Positions 47,825 to 56,940 of a stretch of DNA of 64,000 nucleotides are shown here, piece by piece. The position numbers and the translations under genes were made by a program. Positions within the stretch are counted from its first letter, which is position 1. Each line of letters opens with the position of its first letter. The notes below the pieces were generated by a model. It was not told the origin of the DNA. It did not search any database and saw only the letters and a list, made by a program, of their open reading frames with translations. This DNA comes from Myxococcota bacterium (GTDB taxonomy: Bacteria; Myxococcota_A; UBA796; GCA-2862545), in assembly GCA_039208735.1 (NCBI GenBank), contig JBCCQY010000010.1, positions 34,039 through 98,038 of the forward strand, given 5' to 3'.

Positions 47825-50062
47825 ATGGCCGTGTCTCGTGCGGCTGCCGTTGATGAGCAGCTGCTTTCCTTCATCGCGTCGCGTCCTGCGGCGCGGTTGC
47901 ACAAGTCTCCCTCTGACCGTCTGGTTGAAAGCGACCCCTTGCGGGTTTGCGACGCGGTCCGGCTCTTCGAAGCCCAGATCCAGTCTCGACTTCTCGACCT
48001 GACGGCTCGAGAACTCAAGGCTCGCGGCGAGTCGTTCTACACCATCGGATCGAGTGGCCACGAAGGCAACGCTGCGGTGGCCGAGTTCATCGAACCCGGC
48101 GACCAGTGCTTTCTGCACTACCGCTCGGGCGCGTTCTTCTGCGCCCTGGCCGACCGCATGCCGGGTCCGGAGGGCGCGTTCGATGTCCTTTTGGGATTGG
48201 CGGCGAGTTCCGACGAGCCCATCGCCGGAGGTCGCCACAAGGTCTTTGGGTCGGTCACCCTCGGCATTCCGCCGCAGACGTCCACCATCGCGAGCCACCT
48301 TCCGAAGGCCGTTGGGGCCGCCATCGCCATCGATCGGAGGGCCCACCTCAAGGGTGAAACGTCGCGCGCCATTGCCGTGGCCAGCTTTGGGGATGCCTCT
48401 TTGAACCATGCGTCCTCGCAAACCGCATTGAATGCAGCCGCGTGGGCCACCTTCCAGCGCGTGCCCTGTCCATGCCTGTTCGTCTGTGAAGACAATGGAT
48501 TTGGCATCTCGGTGCGCACCCCGAAGGGCTGGGTTGACGCCAGTACCGGCGGACGTCCTGGGCTTCGCACCTTCACCGCCAATGGCCTGGACCTGCTCGA
48601 AGCGGTCCGGGTCGCGCGTGAGGCCGTCGCGTACGTCCGAGAGGAGCGCAAGCCTGCGGTGCTGCACTTGCGCGTGGTGCGTCTGCTCGGCCACGCGGGA
48701 TCGGACGTCGAGCAGCTCTACCGGTCCCGCTCGGAAATCGAAGCGACCGAGGCTCAAGACCCGTTGCAACGGACCGTTTCCTCGTTGGTCGAGCATGGCG
48801 CGATGACGCCCGAGGCCATCCGATCGGTCGTCGATGCCCATCGCGCCCGCATCGCGGCGTTGGCCGAAGAAGCGATCCAGCGACCCAAGCTCGAGACCCG
48901 GGCCGCGGTCATGGCCCCGCTCGCCCCTCACGATGCCGATCGCGTCGCGAACACCGCCCGGGCCCAGGTCGCCGACGAAGCGCGACGCCACGACGTCTTC
49001 GGCGAGACGCTACCCGAGGACGAGGAACGGCCGCGTCACCTGGCCGTCCAACTCAACCGCGCCCTGACCGACCTGCTGCTCGCATGCGACGAGGCGATCG
49101 TGTTTGGCGAAGATGTCGCGAAGAAAGGCGGCGTGTACCACGTCACCGCCAGCCTCGCCGAACGCTTTGGGGTGGGGCGGGTGTTCAACACCATGCTGGA
49201 TGAGACGTCGATCCTCGGATTGGCCATCGGGGCCGGCCACCAGGGACTGCTTCCCATCCCCGAGATCCAGTACTTGGCCTATCTGATGAACGCGATCGAC
49301 CAGCTCCGTGGTGAAGCAGGCTCGATGCAGTTCTTCAGCAACGGGCAGTTCCAAAACCCCATGGTCGTTCGCGTCGCAGGGCTCGCTTATCAGCGCGGGT
49401 TTGGCGGACACTTCCACAACGACAACGGGATTGCGGCGCTTCGAGAGATCCCTGGGGTCTTGCTTGGGTGTCCCGCTCGCCCCGACGATGGGGTGAAGAT
49501 GCTGCGCACGATGGCCGCCGCGGCCACGGCCCACGGTCGTTTGGCCGTGTTGCTTGAGCCCATTGCGCTGTACATGACGAGAGACCTATACAAACCTGGT
49601 GATGGGAAGTGGATGGCCCACTATCCGGCTCCCGGCGAATCCTTGGCCATCGACGAGGTTGGGGTGGTCGGCGATGGCGAAGATCTGCTCATCGTGAGCT
49701 ACGCCAATGGGTTCTACCAGTCGTTACGGGTGGCCCAGCGACTCGAACAGGACGGCATTCGGGTGCGGGTGGTCGACGTGCGCTGGCTTCAGCCCCTTCC
49801 CATCGCGGCGGTGGTCGAGCATGCCCGAGCCACGGGCCGTATGCTGGTGGTCGATGAATGTCGGGCGTCTTCGGGCATCGCCGATACGCTGGTTGCTGAA
49901 GTGGTGGAAGCCACCGAGGGTCGCGTGCGCACCGCTCGAGTCACGGGCGCCGACAGCTACATTCCGCTCGGGGCGGCGGCCAACCTGGTGCTGGTGCAGG
50001 AAGAGCAGGTCGAGGCGGCGGCGCGAAAGCTCGTCGAAGCCCGCCGTGTGGAGGTCGCATGA
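47825..50062 (+). CDS. TPP-dependent 2-oxoacid dehydrogenase E1 alpha/beta fusion
   Basis: GSSGHEG, LHYRS, GDA...EDN TPP motif, GHAGSD; FGEDVAKKGGVY, FNTMLDE, PEIQY. Confidence 0.9.
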   Translation: MAVSRAAAVDEQLLSFIASRPAARLHKSPSDRLVESDPLRVCDAVRLFEAQIQSRLLDLTARELKARGESFYTIGSSGHEGNAAVAEFIEPGDQCFLHYRSGAFFCALADRMPGPEGAFDVLLGLAASSDEPIAGGRHKVFGSVTLGIPPQTSTIASHLPKAVGAAIAIDRRAHLKGETSRAIAVASFGDASLNHASSQTALNAAAWATFQRVPCPCLFVCEDNGFGISVRTPKGWVDASTGGRPGLRTFTANGLDLLEAVRVAREAVAYVREERKPAVLHLRVVRLLGHAGSDVEQLYRSRSEIEATEAQDPLQRTVSSLVEHGAMTPEAIRSVVDAHRARIAALAEEAIQRPKLETRAAVMAPLAPHDADRVANTARAQVADEARRHDVFGETLPEDEERPRHLAVQLNRALTDLLLACDEAIVFGEDVAKKGGVYHVTASLAERFGVGRVFNTMLDETSILGLAIGAGHQGLLPIPEIQYLAYLMNAIDQLRGEAGSMQFFSNGQFQNPMVVRVAGLAYQRGFGGHFHNDNGIAALREIPGVLLGCPARPDDGVKMLRTMAAAATAHGRLAVLLEPIALYMTRDLYKPGDGKWMAHYPAPGESLAIDEVGVVGDGEDLLIVSYANGFYQSLRVAQRLEQDGIRVRVVDVRWLQPLPIAAVVEHARATGRMLVVDECRASSGIADTLVAEVVEATEGRVRTARVTGADSYIPLGAAANLVLVQEEQVEAAARKLVEARRVEVA

Positions 50063-51093
50063 GCCGGACGCGCGCGTTGCTCGTCTGTCCGGGTCGGGGC
50101 TCTTACGGTCGCGACCAGCTGCGCTCCTTACAAGGCGATCTGGGGCCGGCCACCGAAGTGATCGATGCCTGCGATGCGTGGCGCCGGTCCCTCGACCGAC
50201 CGACGGTTCGCGAACTCGACGGAGCGAAGCGCTACTCCGCGAAGAAGCACGTCGCGGGCGAACACGCCTCGTTGCTGACGTTCGCGGTCAGCCTGGCCGA
50301 TGCGGCTCGCATCGACCACGGTCAATACGACATCGTAGGGGTGACCGGAAACTCGATGGGCTGGTACACGGCGCTGGCGGTCGCAGGGGTGCTTTCCCTT
50401 GCCGATGCGATTGAACTCGTCGAAACGATGGGCGCCTACCAAACCAAAAACGTGATTGGCGGGCAAGTCATGATGCCGGTGGTCCATGCCGATTGGACGC
50501 CCGCCCCCGAACTGAGAGCGCGCATCGACGCCGTCGTCGAAGACCTCGCTTCGGAAGGTCGCACCGTCGAGGTGTCGATCGAGCTGGGAAGTTTCGTGGT
50601 CCTTGGGGCCGACTCTAAAGGAATCAAGCGGCTCCTCGAGCGTTTGCCGAAGGTCACCCGAGGCAAGCGCGAGTTCCCCGCTCAGCTGCCGCTGCATTCC
50701 GCATTCCATACGTCGCTGCTCACCGAAACCTCGCAGCGAGCCCAGACCGAACTGGCGCATCTCGACTTCCGGTCTCCCGAACGCACACTGGTGGACGGCC
50801 AAGGGGCAATTCATCGCCCATTCTCCGCCAACCCCGAGGCCCTACGCGCCTATACGCTGGGCCATCAGGTAGTTGCGCCCTACGATTTCGCCACGGCGTT
50901 CCGCACCACCCTTCGAGAGTGTTGCCCCAACGTCGTGATTGCCCTGGGTCCCGGAAACAGCCTCGGCGGCCCCTTGGCCTATGGGCTTGTGACCGAGGGG
51001 TGGGGGGGCGTTCGGCAACGCGCAGACCTAAAGGAGCGGGCCGTGTTGCGGTCCTTCGGCATTGCCGAGCAACGCGCCACGGTGGTGGCGTGA
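50059..51093 (+). CDS. FabD-like acyltransferase (non-canonical)
   Basis: CPGRG, GNSMG nucleophile motif, HSAFHT, LGPG; ATGA overlap with E1. Confidence 0.85.
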   Translation: MSRTRALLVCPGRGSYGRDQLRSLQGDLGPATEVIDACDAWRRSLDRPTVRELDGAKRYSAKKHVAGEHASLLTFAVSLADAARIDHGQYDIVGVTGNSMGWYTALAVAGVLSLADAIELVETMGAYQTKNVIGGQVMMPVVHADWTPAPELRARIDAVVEDLASEGRTVEVSIELGSFVVLGADSKGIKRLLERLPKVTRGKREFPAQLPLHSAFHTSLLTETSQRAQTELAHLDFRSPERTLVDGQGAIHRPFSANPEALRAYTLGHQVVAPYDFATAFRTTLRECCPNVVIALGPGNSLGGPLAYGLVTEGWGGVRQRADLKERAVLRSFGIAEQRATVVA

Positions 51094-51656
51094 CCATCGA
51101 GCAACTGCTCGAGGCGGTTCGACTCAAGGAGCTGCCGCGGGCGGGGTGGGTACGCCAGGGCCTGCACCATCCCGAGTCGGTGGCGGGCCACTCATGGGGC
51201 GTAGCCTGGCTGGTCCTCGCCCTGCTGCCCGACGAACTCGACCAAACCCGAGCCCTCACCTACGCCGTGTTGCACGATCTTCCCGAGGTGCGCGTGGGCG
51301 ACCTCACGCCCCACGATCTCATCCCCCGCGAAGAAAAGGCTCGGCGCGAGCAGGCCGCGATGCACGGATTGACCGCCGGTACGGACCGGGGCACGCGCCT
51401 GGCTCGTCTCTGGGAAGCCTATGAGGACCAAACCGACCCTGAGGCGCAATTCGTACGGCAGCTCGACCGGCTCGACATGGCACTTCAGGCGGTCCACTAT
51501 GCCGAGCGACAACCGCAACGGCGCGATGACCTCGTCGAGTTCCTGACGTCTGCCGCCAAGGTCATCGAACATCCCACCTTGGTGCCCCTCCTCGAGGCCT
51601 TGAAAAGGCGGCTTACTGCAGTCGCTCCACCAGTCCCTGCCACCGAACGCGAATGA
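51090..51656 (+). CDS. HD-domain phosphohydrolase (HDDC2/YfbR-like)
   Basis: LKELPRAGW, ESVAGHSW, LHDLPE..VGDLTP, EAQFVRQLDRLDM; GTGA overlap. Confidence 0.9.
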   Translation: MTIEQLLEAVRLKELPRAGWVRQGLHHPESVAGHSWGVAWLVLALLPDELDQTRALTYAVLHDLPEVRVGDLTPHDLIPREEKARREQAAMHGLTAGTDRGTRLARLWEAYEDQTDPEAQFVRQLDRLDMALQAVHYAERQPQRRDDLVEFLTSAAKVIEHPTLVPLLEALKRRLTAVAPPVPATERE

Positions 51657-52122
51657 CCTCAGGTTCGCCTTCGAGCGCGAGCAATCCCACGAGCAGTCGC
51701 AGATCGTGGATCTCCTTGAGAAGGCCCTCAATGGCCGAGACGGTCTCCATGCGAGCCGCCGTGAGCCGAGCCTGCGTCTCGGTGGCCTCGCTGTCGGAAA
51801 TGAGGCCATCCACGAAGGCGAGCCGCCGATCCATCGCGTGAAGCGCTTCTTGAACGGCGGTGAGATCGAGATCGGCCCGAACGACGGTCGCCGCTGGGTC
51901 TTGGAGCGCGCCTCGAAGCTGGTCGAACGTTTGTTCGATGCGATCCGCCAATGGGCCTCGCGAGGGCCTCGGCCCCTCGGTCAACAACGGGACGAACAAC
52001 GGCCAGGCCAACAACGACGCCCCCGAAACGGGCAGCCCGTGGCCTCGACCATGCAATCGCACGGCGAAGAACACTCCCGCGAGCGTATAGAGCACGCCCA
52101 ACAGGGCCACCGCGGCGCTCAT
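51613..52122 (-). CDS. Hypothetical protein: N-terminal TM hairpin plus coiled-coil
   Basis: Two hydrophobic segments then heptad-like helices; ATGA overlap with the upstream gene. Confidence 0.65.
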   Translation of the reverse strand: MSAAVALLGVLYTLAGVFFAVRLHGRGHGLPVSGASLLAWPLFVPLLTEGPRPSRGPLADRIEQTFDQLRGALQDPAATVVRADLDLTAVQEALHAMDRRLAFVDGLISDSEATETQARLTAARMETVSAIEGLLKEIHDLRLLVGLLALEGEPEVIRVRWQGLVERLQ

Positions 52123-52814
52123 CGATCCACCCGGCGACGTCGGTAGCCATCCTCGCGCAGCGCCGATTCCATGGTCGTGCCTAGGCTCGAAAACACGTCA
52201 TCTTCGATGGGTCGCACCAACGCGACATCCGTGTTGGGCCGAGCCACAAACGGCCGCAGCATCCAACCACTCTGCATCGACAAGGCTCCCACCAGCGCAA
52301 GTCCCGCCAGGCGAACGGGTGCATGCAGGCCGCCATCGACGAGCCGTGACACCACCGTCAGCCCCGCCGCCCCGGCGACCGCGAGCACGCCGCAGAACCA
52401 GAGAATGGCAGTGTGATAGCCAAGCATCGGCCAGAGCAACCACAGGATGGGCCCCATCGCGGCCGCCAACACTGCACTTCGGGCACTTCCCACCAGGGCC
52501 GCCGCCGCGAGTCGCCGGTAGGACACCTCCACCCCGCCCCCGAGCGCCCACAGGGCCCTCAGCGCAGGCAACAACACGAGGCCGGGGAGTAGCAACAAGA
52601 CCGGCATCTTGAGCGCCGCAAAGGCCACCTGAAGCCCGCCTCGGTAGCTGCCCACTACGGCACCGAAAAGGGCAGCCCCGACAACGGTGAACGCAAGCAA
52701 ACGAGGCCCATCCACGGCAAAGCGACCCTCGGCATCCATCCGTTGAACGACCGCACTGGGGTCTCGAAGCATAGCGGTCAACAACGTCAGCGCATGCTCT
52801 GAGGTTGGGGTCAT
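52119..52814 (-). CDS. Multi-pass membrane protein (Yip1-like topology)
   Basis: About 5 TMs; ALFGAVVG..ALKMP; QSGWMLRPFV; ATGA overlap. Confidence 0.7.
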   Translation of the reverse strand: MTPTSEHALTLLTAMLRDPSAVVQRMDAEGRFAVDGPRLLAFTVVGAALFGAVVGSYRGGLQVAFAALKMPVLLLLPGLVLLPALRALWALGGGVEVSYRRLAAAALVGSARSAVLAAAMGPILWLLWPMLGYHTAILWFCGVLAVAGAAGLTVVSRLVDGGLHAPVRLAGLALVGALSMQSGWMLRPFVARPNTDVALVRPIEDDVFSSLGTTMESALREDGYRRRRVDR

Positions 52815-53329
52815 GCCGACACCTCCCAGGCGATGCGTGCTGCGCCGGCCAACGTGAGGAGCACCCAGACGGCCACGAGGGCGCTCATGCGGGTGGGGGC
52901 TTCCACGGTCTCCGAGGCGGAGGCCTCGATCGCGATCAGCCCGGCCGAGGCAGCCGACAGCCCCATCGCCCCCGCTCCAAGCGAGGCCACAGCTACGACC
53001 TGCGGTCCGATCGACGTCGTCCACGCAAAAAACAACGCGAACGGAACGAGGCCCAGCGCGAGGTCTCCGGTACGGGCGTAGGTCCTCCCCAAAGCCCGAA
53101 CCAATCCTTCAGGGGCCGCCCGCAGCCCCAGCACCGAATGCGCCACCAACAAGCTCGGACCGGTCAACGCGAGCGCCCCAAGGTGGGTCACCAACGTCAC
53201 CGGCCCATCGTCGAGTGCAGAGACGTCGCCGCTCGACCCTGCCATGGCCCCCAGGGCCAGAAATCCCACGGACGCCCGAACGAGGTGCATCACCCCGGGT
53301 CCATCGCCCGCTTCCACTGCTGCATCCAT
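52811..53329 (-). CDS. Multi-pass membrane protein
   Basis: ATG after GGGGAGG; about 5 hydrophobic segments. Confidence 0.65.
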   Translation of the reverse strand: MDAAVEAGDGPGVMHLVRASVGFLALGAMAGSSGDVSALDDGPVTLVTHLGALALTGPSLLVAHSVLGLRAAPEGLVRALGRTYARTGDLALGLVPFALFFAWTTSIGPQVVAVASLGAGAMGLSAASAGLIAIEASASETVEAPTRMSALVAVWVLLTLAGAARIAWEVSA

Positions 53330-53386
53330 GATGCCTCCCCCGTCCGTCTAGGGGGCCAATTGCGGAGACTCGCCGTCCGAGGTCCG

Positions 53387-53422
53387 GCAAGGACGTGCCA
53401 CGCCTGTGCAAAGGCCGTGCAG
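53387..53422 (-). promoter_or_regulatory. Two tandem imperfect sigma54-like (-24/-12) motifs upstream of the membrane-gene trio
   Basis: Minus strand TGGCACG-TCC-TTGC (spacing 1 nt short) and CTGCACG-GCCT-TTGCA (first G of GG replaced). Confidence 0.25.
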
Positions 53423-53593
53423 CCCCTGCAACCCCTTTGACTCCCTCGCGTCGATCACCATGGGCTATTCGCCTGTCGGTGGCTCGATGGCGGTTCCCTT
53501 CTTCGCCTCGTTTGGCCGAACCCGGCCGCGCGACGCGTTTGAGTCGTAGCGGCCCCGTTCGCTCGCCCTCGAGGTGGTTTTCTGATCCAGCGC

Positions 53594-53977
53594 TTGCCCG
53601 AACTCGAACGCATCCTCGCCGTGCACCTTCACAACGACGGGCCGATGCACCGTGTCACCTACGTTCGGGGGTACCCCATCTTGCTGGGTGACCTCGATGA
53701 ATTGTTGATTGGAAAGCCCTGTGTGCACCGGTTCTCGATGTCGATCCGAGGTGCGATGGACGCGTTCTCGGCCGAACTCATCGGCGGAGCCCGGGCCACA
53801 GGCGCGGTAGGCGGTCGATCGTTGCTCGTGACCTACGCGACGCTGGGCCGTCGCTGTATTCCAGGCTCACAAACCCATATCGAACGACACTTCGCCTCGC
53901 GGTGGGGTCCCATCCTTGCCGTTCCCAGTCTTCGCGAGGCCGATGCCTGGTTTCAGCGCGTCATGTCGTTCAATTAG
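53594..53977 (+). CDS. Small hypothetical protein (weak STAS/SEC14-like C-terminus)
   Basis: Fills the gap before the operon; ends ...VPSLREADAWF; start uncertain. Confidence 0.4.
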   Translation: MPELERILAVHLHNDGPMHRVTYVRGYPILLGDLDELLIGKPCVHRFSMSIRGAMDAFSAELIGGARATGAVGGRSLLVTYATLGRRCIPGSQTHIERHFASRWGPILAVPSLREADAWFQRVMSFN

Positions 53978-54081
53978 GGATTCGAGAGCTTTCAGCCCGC
54001 TTGTTGCCTCACTTGAAGTCGTGTTCTAAGTTCCGACGCGGACGGGATCCGCGCGTGTACGCGGGACCATGGGGAGGCGGA

Positions 54082-54852
54082 ATGCAACGGCTGCTGGTTG
54101 GAATCCTCGTACTCGGAGGCTCGATGGGCCTGCTCAACAGCGCATTCGCGTTGCCAGGCGTGCCCACGAAGGTCCCAAAGACGCCCGACGCGGCGAATGT
54201 CCCTGATTTGCCCGACCTGCCTGACATGACGGTTGCCGACATGCTCAAGGCGCTCGACGATGCTGACCGCAAGCTCACGCGTTCGGCCGACCGATTGTTC
54301 GACTCCGAGATGAAGCTGCTCGAAGCCCTCGGACGGGCCGACATGGCGCTGGACTACCGCAAGAAGATTGCCGCGCTGCAGGCCAAGGGCACGAGCGTGG
54401 AACGCGACGCCGAGATGCTGGCCCTCACCACCGACCAGGCCATCATCGACGCCATGGTTGAGGCGCTCAAAGACAAGGCCAACAAGATGAACGACGAGCG
54501 GAAGCGTGCGGCGCGTGACGCGACGCTCGGCATTGCCGTGGCCCGCCTGATGGCCCTTGCCACGACCGAAGATGCGGGAACGGTTTCGGGCGCGACCATC
54601 AAGCTCAACCAGCGTTTGGCCTCGGGCGACGATGACGCCAAAGAAGAGGTCGCGGAGCATGCCTCGAACGGACCCGTGTTCGTGACGGGCCTTGGAGCCC
54701 GTGCGGGCGGCATCAAGAAGGCCGCCGATGCCATGGCATCGCAGTCGAAAGAAGTGTCCCAGGTCATGGACAAGTACCGCAAGAAGAAGTCGCTGTTTGC
54801 GCCCATCTCGGCCGAAGAGCCCAAGAAGCTTCTCGAACAGAGCGGATTCTAA
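54082..54852 (+). CDS. Secreted all-helical protein
   Basis: ATG after GGGGAGG; signal peptide ending SAFA|LP; Ala/Lys/Asp-rich helices. Confidence 0.8.
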   Translation: MQRLLVGILVLGGSMGLLNSAFALPGVPTKVPKTPDAANVPDLPDLPDMTVADMLKALDDADRKLTRSADRLFDSEMKLLEALGRADMALDYRKKIAALQAKGTSVERDAEMLALTTDQAIIDAMVEALKDKANKMNDERKRAARDATLGIAVARLMALATTEDAGTVSGATIKLNQRLASGDDDAKEEVAEHASNGPVFVTGLGARAGGIKKAADAMASQSKEVSQVMDKYRKKKSLFAPISAEEPKKLLEQSGF

Positions 54853-54873
54853 ACCAAGACCGTCGGAGGCCCT

Positions 54874-56940
54874 GTGACGCACTGGCTCCTTGCCCTGTCG
54901 GCCCTGTTCGCCTTGTTGTGCGGCGTGGGGTCCCCCGAAGCTCTGGCCTCCGAACCGTCGTACGTCGGGCACGGAAGCATCACCGAAAAGAAGATCAAGC
55001 CAAAGAAACGGCTTGAAGTTCGAGATCGCGCAAAGCGTGCCGCGATAGCGGATGCGGTGTGGCGAGCCGTCATCGCTGAACTTGGCGAGGCGACGGCAAC
55101 CAGCAATGAGGCCGCTCTGCGCAACGCGGTGATGCCCCGCGCCGCGGCCCTCCTCGATGGCGATGCCGAAGTCGTCGACGAAACGGCCACGTCGACCACC
55201 TACACGGTGACCGTCGAAGCGCGGGTCGACGAGTCCGCCCTTCGAAAGGTGCTCGACCGCGTGTCGATCGACCCGGGGACCCGAGGGCCCGGTTACCGCG
55301 TGGCCGTCGTCATCGACGAGTACCTCCAGAAGGGGTCGGCCGCGTCCCGGAGCCTCGCCCGCCCCGATACGGCGGTTCCTCCCCCGGCTCCTGCCACTCG
55401 CGGCCTCGACCCCATTCGTCGCGAACTTCTCGCCACGGAAGCCCGCATCGCGCTCGTCATTGGCAATGCGGCCTACGAGCGCGGCCCCTTGCGCAACCCG
55501 GTTCGCGACGCCAGCGCCATCAGCACCCGGCTCGAGTCGCTCGGCTTCGAGACCACCACGGTCCTCGACACCGACCGGCGGGGTCTCATCACCGCCATCC
55601 GGGAGTTCGGGGAGCGACTCCAAGAGGGGGGAACGGGCCTCTTCTTCTACGCGGGGCATGGCCTGCAGGCGGCAGGCGAGAACTTCCTCGTGCCCACCGA
55701 CGCTCAGATCGATGACGAGTCGGAAATTGAATTGGAATCGGTGCGGGTGGAACGTGTGCTCGCCGCCATGCGCGCGTCGGGCAATCGCCTGAACATCGTC
55801 ATTCTCGACGCCTGCCGCAACAACCCGTACGAGGCGCGATTCCGCTCGACCAAGGGGGCGGGGCTCACCATCATGGACCCGCCCCAGGGCACCCTCATCG
55901 CCTTCGCCACGAACCCCGGCAACGTGGCTTCGGATGGTACCGGCGACAATGGCCTCTATACGCAAGCGCTGCTCGAGAACATGGGTCGCCCCGGGCTGTC
56001 GCTCGAAGACACCTTCAAGGCGGTGCGCGCCCGGGTGAGTGCGGAGAGCCGAGGGGCCCAGGTGCCACAGGAATACACCTCGCTCACCGGCCATTTCTAC
56101 TTCGCCGATGCCGAAGGTGGCGTGCCTCAGGTGCCGGCTCCGGTGCTGCCCCGCGACCAATCGACGACCTTCTTCAACGTGGTCATGCAGGACCCCGCAG
56201 CCTTGCTGCGGTCCGGCGTTGATGCCCCCTCGGGGGTGGCCATTGAAGGGCGCCTGAAAGCGCGACGCATCGGCGTGGTCGACCCGGGCTCCATGAAGGA
56301 CCTGCGGCAGCTTCTCGAGTCGGATGGGACGTCGGAAACGCCCTTGGTGACTACCCTCGCCGACACGGTTCGACTGGGCGATGCGGCCGCCGAGTTCGGT
56401 CAGCGCTACGCAGCCGACGCCATTGTGGTGGGGGCGACAGTGATTCGGTCCGACGGACCGGTCGACGATGGGGCTCGTGCGATGGCGAGCCTCGCCGCCC
56501 GCATGGTGGATGCAGCAACCGGTGAGGTGCTGGCCTCGGCCGCACGCAACGCCACCGGCCTGGGCGCCGATGCAGAGGCGGCCCAGCGTGCGGCGGCCAC
56601 CCGGGTCGGAAAGATCGTGGGGGAAGACCTCGCCGAAGGGCTTCGTCAGCATTGGCGGGTGCGGGAGCGCGACGGTTGGCCCCTGACGATTCGGGTCACG
56701 GGTAAGGTCGATGCACGCCTCGGCGACACCATCATCGGGGTGGTGGAAGGGGTGCAAGGCGTCGTCTCGGCCGAGTTGCGCATGGCCAACCGGGAGGCCG
56801 TCGAAATCCTGGTGGTCGGGAAGGCCTCGCCCCGGCTGCTTCGGCCCCGCATTCTCGACGCCCTTCAGAGCGCCAGCCGCACATCGCGGCTCCGCGAAGA
56901 CACCTACACGCGAGGCGTATGGCTGTGGGAGGCTCCGTGA
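54874..56940 (+). CDS. Exported caspase-family (peptidase C14) protein embedded in an FlgT/CsgG-like scaffold
   Basis: Signal peptide ..EALA|SE; RIALVIGNAAY, LRNPVRDA, FFYAGHG, ILDACRNNP, IAFATNPG; flanked by FlgT-N-like and ADAIVVG...MVDAATGEVLAS segments. Confidence 0.88.
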   Translation: MTHWLLALSALFALLCGVGSPEALASEPSYVGHGSITEKKIKPKKRLEVRDRAKRAAIADAVWRAVIAELGEATATSNEAALRNAVMPRAAALLDGDAEVVDETATSTTYTVTVEARVDESALRKVLDRVSIDPGTRGPGYRVAVVIDEYLQKGSAASRSLARPDTAVPPPAPATRGLDPIRRELLATEARIALVIGNAAYERGPLRNPVRDASAISTRLESLGFETTTVLDTDRRGLITAIREFGERLQEGGTGLFFYAGHGLQAAGENFLVPTDAQIDDESEIELESVRVERVLAAMRASGNRLNIVILDACRNNPYEARFRSTKGAGLTIMDPPQGTLIAFATNPGNVASDGTGDNGLYTQALLENMGRPGLSLEDTFKAVRARVSAESRGAQVPQEYTSLTGHFYFADAEGGVPQVPAPVLPRDQSTTFFNVVMQDPAALLRSGVDAPSGVAIEGRLKARRIGVVDPGSMKDLRQLLESDGTSETPLVTTLADTVRLGDAAAEFGQRYAADAIVVGATVIRSDGPVDDGARAMASLAARMVDAATGEVLASAARNATGLGADAEAAQRAAATRVGKIVGEDLAEGLRQHWRVRERDGWPLTIRVTGKVDARLGDTIIGVVEGVQGVVSAELRMANREAVEILVVGKASPRLLRPRILDALQSASRTSRLREDTYTRGVWLWEAP

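Noticed and set aside
53992..56757. 921 aa antisense ORF, and similar long antisense or alternative-frame ORFs (e.g. 1763-3412, 16576-18543, 31610-33208, 47273-48991)
   Set aside because: Shadow ORFs opposite well-supported genes. They are expected in high-GC DNA with strong codon bias and show no recognisable motifs.
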